64,000 nucleotides of DNA, from assembly GCF_006345805.1 (NCBI RefSeq), contig NC_043018.1, positions 14,818,001 through 14,882,000 on the forward strand. Direction: 5' to 3'. The translations under genes were made by a program, and so were the position numbers. The DNA comes from Octopus sinensis. Its lineage: Eukaryota. The notes beneath the pieces were generated by a model. That model did no database searches and was not told where the DNA came from. It was given only the letters and a program-made list of their open reading frames with translations. Positions 25,101 through 37,414 of the stretch are shown here, one piece after another; the stretch's first letter is position 1, and every line of letters begins with the position of its first letter.

Positions 25101-28100
25101 CAAAAGCAATGTTCTCACTAGACTTGAAATCTGTGGAAACAATATCGACTCTTTGAGAGAAACCAATGAATATGTTACACAATAAAGAACACATCGTCTT
25201 CACAGTTCTCCAAAGATAGGAACTCCTTAACAATCAGAATCCCAAGGTTTTCAAATGGCTGACTTAACCACACTCAATGGAATTGGTTTTACAGACACCA
25301 ACAGCAACAAGAATTACAAGTTAAAAATGCAGTTCTTATACTGGTGCCCCAGCATGGACGCGGCCTTCGGGCTAAAACATTTTTAAGGATTTAAGTTGCT
25401 TAACCTGCTAGAAATAACAACCTAATCTCTGATATATTACACTATATTTGCATATTATGTCTGACATCATTGGAACACCATTGATCAGAAGTTTATTTAA
25501 TGAGGGTCGGCTTGGTGATGGCAGTGAGGATGTTGCTTGGTCCTTCAGTGGAATCCAGGCTGTTGCAAGTAATCAGACTCGGTCGCTAGTTTGAGAACGA
25601 CTCCCACCCTGGTTCTGGGTTCAATCCCACTCCATGATACTATAACCAACAGCGTTCTTCTATCACAGTCTCCAATGGAACAAAGTCTGGAGAATGAAGA
25701 ACAGTCAGCAGAATCCACATGGAAGCTAATTAGAAAGTCAGAGAGTCAATTCCAATTCTTATTTCTTTACTACCCACAAGGGGCTAAACAGAGAGGGGAC
25801 AAACAAGGATAGACAAAGGGTTTAAGTCGATTACATTGACCCCAGGACGTAACTGGTACTTAATTTATCGACCCCGAAAGGATGAAAGGCAAAGTCGACC
25901 TCAGCGGAATTTGAACTCAGAACGTAACGGCAGACGAAATACCGCTAAGCGTCTCGCCTGGTGGTCAATTCCAATTCTATCAGTGGTCATTGGGTGGGTT
26001 TAGTGAAGACCAATTTATTTCAGCCATTCAAGCCAGGTCATCTTCTTCTTTCCAGTTTCAGGAGCCCTAAAAAGAGCCCTTCCTTTTTTTGACTAAAACA
26101 TGAAAAATTAAGAAGCTTACTTCCCAACCACATAGTCCCGGGTTCAGTTCCACTGAGTGGCACTTTGAGCAAGTTGACTTCTACTGTAGCCTCAGGCTGA
26201 GCAAAGCCTTGTGAGTGGATTTGGTAGATGGAAACTGTAAGAAGCTTGTCATATATATATATGTGTGTGTGTGTATGTCTGTGTTTGTACCCCCACCATT
26301 GCTTGACAACTAATGTTGGAGTGTTTACGTCCCTGTAACTTAGCAGTTCAGCAAAAGAGACCAATAGAATAAGTACTAGGCTTACAAAGAATAAGTCCTG
26401 GGGTCGATTTCTTCAACTAAAATCCTTTACGGTGGTGCTCTATGAGGGCCACAGTCAAATGACTGAAACATGTAAAAGAACAAAAGAAATAGATAAAAAT
26501 GGATGCCAAAGTTCATCTTACCATTCTCTGTGAGGATAGACTCTGTGTGAGCGCTACCATATTTGTGTATGTGAGAAATAGCATCATCGACATCATCTAC
26601 AATTTCAACAGCACACTCTAAACAACTGTATTCCATATTCATTCGAACTGCTGGAGAAGGGCCAAACTTCAGCAGGCTTGTTAAACGAGGACCCGCATGA
26701 ACTTTTACCTGTAAACAGAGGTTGTGAAAAGGGTTGCTAACATGATGCAAGCAAGAACACTTAGACATCCCAGACCGTCAACACTTACACTTCCAGACCG
26801 TCAATACTTACACATTCCAGACCGTCAACACTTACACTTTCCAGACCGTCAACACTTACACATTCCAGACCGTCAACACTTACACATTCCAGACCGTCAA
26901 CACTTACACATTCCAGACCGTCAACACTTACATTTTCCAAACCGTCAACACTTACACTTTCCAGACCGTCAACACTTACACATCCCAGACCGTCAACACT
27001 TACACATTCCAGACCGTCAACACTTACACATTCCAGACCGTCAACACTTACACATTCCAGACCGTCAACACTTACATTTTCCAAACCGTCAACACTTACA
27101 CTTTCCAGACCGTCAACACTTACACATTCCAGACCGTCAACACTTACACATTCCAGACCGTCAACACTTACACATTCCAGACCGTCAACACTTACATTTT
27201 CCAGACCGTCAACACTTACACTTTCCAGACCGTCAACACTTACACATCCCAGACCGTCAACACTTACACATTCCAGACCGTCAACACTTACACATTCCAG
27301 ACCGTCAATACTTACACATTCCAGACCGTCAATACTTACACATTTCAGACCGTCAACACTTACACATTCCAGAACGTCAACACTTACACACTGTCATTAG
27401 TACAATTATGTTTTTGTTTTTTTTTAATTTCTCAAAAATCTGTCAACACTTACATTTTCCATCTTAAACATTTCAAATATTTTATCAAATAAATCAGATC
27501 TGAAGAGTTGTCGGTGTATAAGGAGTGTTTCCATAGCGTTACAAGCTGCAGGATAATCACATTTAGAGTCTTTCACTGGAAAGAAACAAAGAAAGAAGCA
27601 AGTCTCAGTAATGGCAAAAGCAGGAATCTAAGGAAACGGTTGTGATGAGGACAGTAGCAACCTCTTCACTGCCAGGTAAGTGGTTTACTCATTGGTATGC
27701 ATATCCCAGTTTTACAATAGGTAGACCATATATATATATATATAAGGCAAATAAGAAAATGGAGAGGATAATCAATTGACAAACATCACCCTATAGACAT
27801 TCATTCATATCTGTTTATTAATTGATTACAATCATATGAATAAGAAATCCAAATAAACAAATGAATAAGAATAAATGAGTGAAAAAAATACTAAGCTCTT
27901 AACAGCTGTTTCTACTATGGCATGATGTGGAAAACTTGGCAGAGTGGTTGGCATTTGGAAGGGCATCCAGCTGTAAAAACCTTACCAAAACTGACTTCAC
28001 CTGTACTTGTGCCATGTAAAAAGCACCAAGTCCACTCTGCAGGGTGGTTGGTGTTAGGAAGGGCATCCAGCTGTAAAAAATCCTGCCAAAAACAGTCCCA

Positions 28101-29023
28101 GAAGTCTGGTGCAGGTTTCTGCCTGGTTGGCTCCTGTCAAACTGTCCCACCCACGCCAGCATGGAAGATGGACATTAAACAATGATGAAGATGATACATA
28201 TATGGTAAAATAGGGGTTTAAAATGCACCAAATTTATATATATGTTTTCATATAAAAGTTTTTCTATAAAACTATAAGTGCATGTTTTCACAAAGTGAGT
28301 TTCACATGGAAAAAGAGAATCACGTTTTACTGAAAAGTTTCCATGTATAAAAAAACAGTTTTACTCAATAAATTTTAATGTTTGTTTTATATTTATGTAG
28401 TATAAACTGTTTGACTCAGTTCCCCAACTTAAAGTTCTGTGGGCAGATAGGACATGCCCAACTCCTCAGATGCTAAGAGCAGAATCAGCTCCTAACATCC
28501 AATGAGGTGATGAATGGGTCCCGTGCACCCACAAAATTTCAAGTCACGTGCAACTGAATCAAATTGTTATTAAAAATACATATAGGTGTAGGAGTGGCTG
28601 TGTGGTAAGTAGCTTGCTTACCAACCACATGGTTCCGGGTTCAGTCCCACTGTGTGGCACCTTAGGCAAGTGTCTTCTGCTATAGCCTCAGGTTGACCGA
28701 AGCCTTGTGAATGGATTTGGTAGACGAAAACTGAAAGAAGCCTGTCGTATATATGTATATATATTTGTATGTGTGTGTATATGTTTGTGTGTCTATGTTT
28801 GTCCTCCAACATCGCTTGACAACCGATGCTGATGTGTTTACGTCCTCGTAACTTAGCGGTTCGGCAAAAGAGACCGATAGAATAAGTACTAGGCTTACAA
28901 AGAATAAGTCCTGGGGTCGATTTGCTCGACTAAAGGTGGTGCTCCAGCATGGCCGCAGTCAAATGACTGAAACAAGTAAAAGAGTAAAGAGTAACTCTAA
29001 CTTTCTTTCATTTGTTCCCTCAC

Positions 29024-29084
<61 letters not shown>

Positions 29085-32000
29085 CGTGCACGTGTGCATG
29101 CATGTGTGTGTACACACATGCACACACACAGACACACACAGATACATAGCTGTGCACCACACGAACCATGCTGAGCTACTCAACATGGTAAAAACTTGAT
29201 GAAATTAAAAGCCACGAAATTCATTATTTTTAATTAAATTGTTAATTAATACAAAGTGTTAGCACTTGTAAACTCCATTGGAGTTTTAAGATTTTCTCAT
29301 CAGCAAAGAAGAACATTCATTCAATCCATTCAAAGCAGCATCAAATTCAAAAACCATAATCAAAGAGGACTTTAGTCTCACCAATATCAATAACTTTATC
29401 GGGATCAGCATCTTTATCAATATACACGTGACATACGCCTTCACTGTGGCCCAGCACTGGGATTCCTTTGCTCATATCTTGAATCTTGGAGACAAGTTCA
29501 TTAGATCCTCTTGGAATAACAAGATCGATATATTCATCAAGTGTCATCAAATCTTCAATGTCTTCTCGTCGGCTCACCTGAAGAGATAGATATTTATTTC
29601 TTTACTACCCACAAGGGGCTAAACACAGAGGGGACAAACAAGGACAGACAAACGGATTAAGTCGATTATATCGACCCCAGTGCGTAACTGGTAATTAATT
29701 TATCGACCCCGAAAGGATGAAAGGCAAAGTTGACCTCGGCGGAATTTGAAATGAAGAGATAGATATTAAAAAGGATTAGATCACTCACTCCCTGATTCAA
29801 AAGAAGGATTCAATCTGTCTTCCCCTGATACATTAAAAAGGATTAGATTAGTCATCACCTGAGACATTAAGAAGGATTAGATCAGTCACTGCCTGATATA
29901 TCATCACATTTCATAATTTGGTCAACTGTTGATTCAGTGGAAATATTCGTCACTGGTCTTCTTTTCAATCATTACAGCACAAAGTAATTAACACAAAACA
30001 ATTAGTACAATGTAACACTGTGTGTGTGTGTGTGTGTGAGTGTGTATGTGTATATATAGAAGTGGAGGCACAATGGCCCAGTGGTTAGGGCACACACACA
30101 ATATTATACTAAATATATTTCTTTCGTGACCGACCAGGCTATCAGATGTTGTTACACGTCGCTGATCACAATGCGCTTTGAATCGTTTTAGCCTTCAAAT
30201 GATGCCACCCCGCTGGCTAAGCGAGCAGGCCAACAGAAGAAAGAGTGAGAGAAAGTTGTGGCAAAAGAGTACAGCAGAGATCGCCACCACCTCCTGCTGG
30301 AGCCTCATGGAGCTTTTAGGTGTTTTCGCTCAATAAACACTCACAATGCCCAGTCTGGGAATTGAAACCGTGATCCCACGACCGTGAGTCCGCTGCGCTA
30401 ACCACTGGGCCATTGCGCCTCCACATATAGGGTAACATTTAGCAATATATTAAGGTTTAAAATATATACAATAATTGAGGGCATGCGCAAAAACATTCAA
30501 GTATATGTATGCAAACACACACACACACATGCAGATAACCATATACCCCACCCCCTGAGAAATATGCAAAGAAATGCTTCAATACTTACAAGGGACACTG
30601 TTTCCTTTGGTACATAAGGCTCCAGTGCATCTTGCACCAATTCTTGTAGAAGTTTGTTACTATTTGAAGCTTCTTTTCCACCTTTTAACAACAAACCATT
30701 GGCGCTGGCAATGGCAAGGGCCGCAACCTGAAAGACAATTTCAAAACAGAATGATATAAATAAAACAGTATAACAGGGTTGTGTAAAGGCGCATGGCCTA
30801 GTGGTTAAGGTGTTGTGCTCGTAATCATAAGATTGTGGTTTCAATTCCAGTACTAGGAGGTGCAGGAGTGAATATAGGCGCAGGAGCAGCTGTGTGGTAA
30901 GTAGCTTGCTTGCCAACCACATGGTTCCGGGTTCAGTCCCACTGTGTGGCACCTTGGGCAAGTGTCTTCTACTATAGCCTCAAGCCAACCAAAGCCCTGC
31001 AAGTGGATTTAGTAGACGGAAACTAAAAGAAGCCTGTCATAAGAGTAAACAAGAGACACAGAGACAGGCAGAAACAAGGAAAATGCCCCTTGTATTTGAA
31101 TACTATACAAATATTCTTTTAAAAAAAACTTTTCTTTTAATTTTTCTAAATTTAATTATTTAATTGTTACAGTTGAAAAAGTCTCAATGACTGAAACCGG
31201 TACTGAAATGTTTTTATAAAATTATTTTAGCATTTTCTATCTTAACTTTTTTTCCATATATATATATATATAATACAAAATGAGACAAGAATGCAAAACA
31301 TCCGGACAACTAGGTGATACAAAAATGGGACAACAAAACATCCATATAGACAATACAAAGAAAACAAGGACGGGTCATTCGAAGTTTTCTATCTTCAGTC
31401 AAGAACCAGATTATCCTTGCAATTTCGGCAGATTATTCTTGAGATTGCTCCAATCTGGCCAGCCCCGTGTATGTGTGTGTATATGTTTGTATGTGTGTGT
31501 TTGTCTCCCCAATATCACTTGACAACTGATGGTGGTGTGTTTACGTCCCCGTAACTTAGCAGTTTGTCAAAAGAGACCAATAGAATAAGTACTAGGCTTC
31601 CAAAGAAAAAGTCCTGGGGGTCGATTTGCTCGACTAAAGGCGATGCTCCAGCATGGCCAGAGTCAAATGACTGAAACAAGTAAAAGAGAAAAGCGAAAAA
31701 AACACAGACACAGAAATACACACACACACACACACACACATATATGCATATACACAATGGGCTTCTTTCAGTTTCCGTCTACCAAATCCACTCACAAGGC
31801 TTTGGTCAGCCCGAGGCTATAGTAGAAGACACTTGCCCAAGGTGCCACTCAATGGAACTGAACCTAGAACCATGTGGTTGGTAAGCAAGCTACTTACCAC
31901 ACAGCCACTCCTGTGCCTATATTTAACTCTTTTAAGCAAATCCCAATGAATGGACAACATTACTTAAATAGGGGCTTTCTCCTGAAAGTAAGGAAAGGGT

Positions 32001-33706
32001 TGCTTACCTGCGGCAAAGCATCAGGGCGGGATTCAAAGATTACAAGCAGCACTCCAACAGGTACCGTGATTTGCTTCAAGTCAAGTCCATCAGCAATGTT
32101 TGAGTGTCGAATGACACGACCGACAATATCTTCAGAAGTGGCAGCGATCTGTCGAAGACCTCCAGCTAAAACATTCAGTTTCTCTTTAGTGAGTTTCAGC
32201 CGGGCAATCATGGGAGCAGACAATCCTAATGAGGAGAAGTCACAAGAATTAGAAAATAGCTGTCGTTACTAGTTTTGTTTGTTTTAAATATACATTTTTA
32301 AGAAAAAAAAAAAAAAGACATTTGATAGCAAGATAAAATAACATTTAATAACTTCATAATGATTTGCATCTCCTACCTATTAACCCTCTCGTTACCGTAT
32401 TTCTATTGAGATGCTTTGTATTTCTTTCAATTAATTTTAAATATAACAAAGAATTTAGTAAAATAACTTAACAATCCTTAAGTTGGTGTTAGGAACATAA
32501 ATTGTGACTAAGGTTTGGTAGAAGATTTTAATTCAAAACTTATGAAAACAAGACATTTGTACTTGGTGATCCCAGCTTCTAGCGACATTTTCGGCCTTAT
32601 CTGCTTAAGAACTTCTCCATTGGTGAGCCTCGCTGTCCATGGAATCTGCAAAAGTCTTCTCCAACACCAAAGCTCGAAAGCATTAATTCTTTTCTGGTCA
32701 GCTTTCTTAAAAAGCACTGGTGATGGTGCCATGTAAAAATCACACAGTACACTCTGTGAAGTGGTGGGCATTAGGAAGGACAACCAGCTGTAGAAACCAA
32801 GCCAAACCAGACAATGGGACCTGGTGTGGATCCTGAGGTTGTGAGCTCCTGTCAAACCATCCAGTCCATGCCAGTGAGGAAAACAAATGTTAAATGATGA
32901 GGATGAGGACGATGACGATGACAATAACAGAGATTTCAAAGGATGCTGCGTACCGACAGCTAACAACTGATGTGGGTAGTTTTACATAAATTTCATAGAA
33001 TACATTTATTAACATCACCGAGATATCAACAAGAAATAAAGGTTACCAACCAGTCATTTCTGCTTCGAGGACGTCTTTTCTGTTGGCCTGGAGGATTTCG
33101 TCTTTGCGGTCAATCAAGGAATTGGCAAGTCTGTAAATGATGTCAGCTCTTTCTTTTGGTGTGATCGTTTGCAACAAACGACTGCCTTCACGTGCTGTAA
33201 ACAATAATTATTGTAAAACGTTATCAATATCTACATGACTTTCTACACGAACACACACACACACACACACACAGACACACACACACATGCATACACACAT
33301 ATGTGTGTGTGAATATGGAGTTTTGAGATAATTTTTTTTATGGCTTGCATTTATGAACAATAGCACTGTTGGTCACAGATGTCCAATGGCCCATAACTGG
33401 TTCTCTGCGTTTCTATGGAAACAAACCCAAGTGATGCTTGTGCACTCAGCCTTTCACCTCTAATCTCATTGGCTGAGATAGATCATATGACAGTCTCCCT
33501 CTTTTACTCTCTCTTTCACTTGTTTCAGTCATGTGACTGTGGCCATGCTGGAGCACCGCCTTTTTTAGTCGAGCAAATCGACCCCAGGACTTATTCTTTG
33601 TAAGCCTAGTACTTATTCTATCAGTCTCTTTTGCCAAACTGCTAAGTTACGGGAACATAAACACATCAGCATTGGTTGTCAAGCATGGAAAACCATGACA
33701 ATGGCA

Positions 33707-33753
<47 letters not shown>

Positions 33754-36700
33754 CCCTGAACTTCAAGGGCTCTATCCCTATATCCTTAGTCTGAGCCTAC
33801 AAAGGAGCCTCTACATGGCCGTTTAATTTGCTAAAAATAGTAACGAAATTTCCTTCAAATCAATTACTTCAAACTTAAAAAAAGGCAAAGATACAGTTTT
33901 TAAGGCAGAGATTTGAGAAGGATCTAAAAAGGAGCAGAGGGTGAAATAGATAATGTGGTTCTGGATACCTCACAAAAGACAGGATCCCTTTGATCTAAGA
34001 GCTGCTCTATCAGAACTGACCAAGGGTTTAACAACAACAACAACAACAAAATTCTTACCTTGCATGGCTTGCAGTTCTACAGGTGTTCCAGTCACCTGAG
34101 CTGTTGTGAAAAATGTTCCAACTTGTTTGCCTTTGATAATGTTTAACAAAGCTTTCTCTTCTGTACCATTGCAGATCACTACAGACACACCATTCTGCAC
34201 AGCCCATGTAGCGGCCTTCACCTGGTAATTAAAATAGACACTTACTTTGTTTTCAATTAATTTAAAGACAATAGATACCTCTCACACACAGTGTCTTCAT
34301 TATTTTGACAGAAAAAATTTAATTCAATTTTCCACCCCCAAATGAGCTTCACCTTCATTCAGGTGTGATAATAGATTTCCATCCATAGTATAGACACCTG
34401 TTAATCTAAAGATGCAATTTTTAATGAAATAACAATGAAAATAATTTCTAAGGATCATTCACACAATGGCCAAAATTTCCAAGTAGAATATTGTCTGTTG
34501 AATTAACAGCATCCTATTTCAATAAAAGAGAGTAAATTCTTCATACCTTTGATTCCATGCCTCCAAGACCAACTCTGGATTTTCCTTCAAATACCACAGA
34601 GGTATTGTCAGTTGTCGGAGAAAATGTGTGGACGAGACGAGAACCTTCAGTACCCGGTGGACTGGTGTATAATCCATTGACATCCGACATTAATATAAGA
34701 ATATCAGAGTCCATTTCCACAGCTAAACGGGCAGCCAAACTGTCATTGTCTTTCAGACTGATAACCTAGAAAATGGTAAAGAATTTTAGGAAGAGTTCAA
34801 ATCTGTTTTTCTATGTTCAGTGAAGCTTGGAAAATCAAGAAACAATGTTTTTTCTCTTTTAAAGACAAATAAAAATTTATTTGGTTAAAAAATTCTTCTC
34901 AATCTGTGACAGATTTGGAAAAAGGTGTTGGTCTTGCTGTTTCTTTTGGGAATGAACAAAATCAACACACACACATACATACATACATATATATATATTT
35001 CCTTGTAAACTGTTTTTAACATGTTCTTATTATTATCAAAGAATGTATATATGTATTGTAATATTTTGTGACAACCAGTTCCTAACACAACAAAGCTTTT
35101 ACATGTTACTTTTGACAATCTTTTTCTAAAAAAGTGAAACCGGTCAAGTGAATAAACATCTTTTAAAATTGCATTTTCAAACCTTCTTTCATATATAAAT
35201 ATATATATATATATATATACACACACACGTACATATATGGAGACAGAGAGACAGAGAGAAATACATTATACATATATATTGAACTCAGTACAAATAATAG
35301 AGTATATTTATTTGCATAAAGTTGATGATTCCCTCTCCAACAACTCAGAACACTTCCTTTATTGATCTATTCCATTGTAGCTGACATGAAGATAATAATT
35401 AAATGTATAACTAAATGCTTAATTAACTTTAAATTAAATTTAAAATTTCTAGAAAGGAGTTTTTATTAAAATTCTACTAACATATTTTGGAAACATTTAT
35501 TTATATATTTTGATTTTACCTATCTTTTAGATTTTTATTTTTACTTACTTTTCAACATTCATATAATTATTTTCAACGCATCCATTCTTTCGTAGTTAAT
35601 TAGTTAATTAGTGATAAAATAATATTGGAACTTGTTAGTCAGGCAGACAAAGGCAAAGACAATCATGTCCTAATACAACAGTGACAGTAAGTTTTGATCT
35701 CATGGTTTTGTGGTCCACTAAATTGATAAGAGAGAGCACTCCGTCAGTTACGATGATGAGGGTCCCAGCTGATACGATCAGTGGAACAGCTTGCATGTGA
35801 AATTAATATGCAAGTGGCTGAGCAATCCACAGGCACGTGTTCCCCTAACATACTTTGATTATTGTACTTCAATTCAGGAAAAATTTAAAGGCACAGGAGT
35901 GGCTGTGTAGTAAGTAGCTTGCTTACCAACCACATGGTTCCAGGTTCAGTTCCACTGCATGACACCTTGGGCAAGTGTCTTCTACTACAGCCTCAGGCCG
36001 ACCAAAGCCTTGTCAGTGGATTTGGGAGATGGAAACTGAAAGAAACTATAATCCATTTCATTTGATTACAGATTTTAGCTTCTTTAATTAATTAAGTCAC
36101 CTTTTTTACACGATTCCTTTATAGTTTAGATATCTTTTTCTGAAAAGAAGGGACAACAGAACTTATAAAAGGTTTTTGGTCCTCTACGGATAAATTAGCA
36201 AGATTAATGAAGTTATTGTTCAGTTTGAATTCATCCAGGTTAGTAGTGAAGGGAAAACAGGGGTGAGGCAGCTGTTCAGGAAGACTGAATAATTAGGGGT
36301 ACATGTAATACGGGTTGAAGCTGTTTAGTAGATTTTTCTATAAGGGTGAGATACAAAAGGGCTGTAGGGTGGTGAAAAGATGGGTACATTGAAGGAAATT
36401 TAGATGAATGGGGGTAAATAGTCAATGAATGAAGATGTAAAGAAGCTATTGTGGATGTTGAAGAAGAGAGAGAATGAAAGAGACAACTCAAGTACAGGTT
36501 CAAATTCATTAAAACCTGACGAGTTTATATTCACCTGTCAAATGAATCACTTTTAATTATGGTTTATAATCAAAATCACAAGCTATTTCATTTGAGCTCG
36601 AGCCACAGAACTTGTTAAAAGTCTTGTACAGTACTGAGACAAAATTATAGAATTTGCTGGAATATAACAGCCAGAACTAACGCTTCTGCTAATTTTTTTC

Positions 36701-37026
36701 CAGACCACAAAGTTCCATTGGGTTCAGCAAACAACTACAACTTCTAAAGCAGTAAAAAGATGAGAAATAGATTTCCCCATGGATAGAATATTGGATCAAT
36801 AAAGGTAGCTTCCCCATTATTTTAATTCAGTACCCTACAAACCAAAAAACTCTGGTACTGCTGTCTACTTACAGATCACTACTCCAGGTAGGTGGAAGCA
36901 CCATAGTTAATTAACTGGTGGTTTTTATCTATCAAGACCACCAGCCCTGACAATGTCCTCTCCATTATATTGAAACTACATACCTCAGAACTAAACCCTG
37001 TCCTCACTCGAATCACTCCATCTCCA

Positions 37027-37060
<34 letters not shown>

Positions 37061-37355
37061 ACTCTCTCTCTCAAGGGATGCTATGGTAAACATGCCACAG
37101 GGTATCCCATTTGCAAGAAAGGCAACCTGGTAACCTCTTTCAAAGTATAGCTGAAACCCCTAACTCAATCAACCATCTAACGCCATCTTATTGCACTGAT
37201 GGAGACAACCATTAACAACAGAAATAGCAGCCAGATCTCCCTTAACTCACACTCTACAGTCTTAAATAAATGTATGTTTGCCTGATTAGAGATGTTCAAC
37301 AGCAGTGAAGATTTTCAACATTAATGTTTGATTACCAGAAGATGAAGAATGGAGG

Positions 37356-37414
<59 letters not shown>

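Noticed and set aside
26756-27391. CRISPR-like appearance
   Set aside because: Contiguous units with no unique spacers, in a eukaryotic intron, with no cas genes.
26724-27467. 247-aa His-rich (PDRQHLHI)n ORF on the plus strand
   Set aside because: A by-product of a stop-free 24-bp unit antisense to a P5CS intron; the unit clearly derives from the minus-strand splice junction, and there is no independent coding evidence.
29572-29580. CAG|GTGAGC as a recursive splice site at the exon-10 start
   Set aside because: Most phase-0 exons here start with a Val GT codon (proto-splice pattern), and the intron is short.
33043-33051. Tandem donor GTTG|GTAACC at exon 7
   Set aside because: A 4-nt shift would frameshift and there is no evidence of use; the first GT gives the correct phase.
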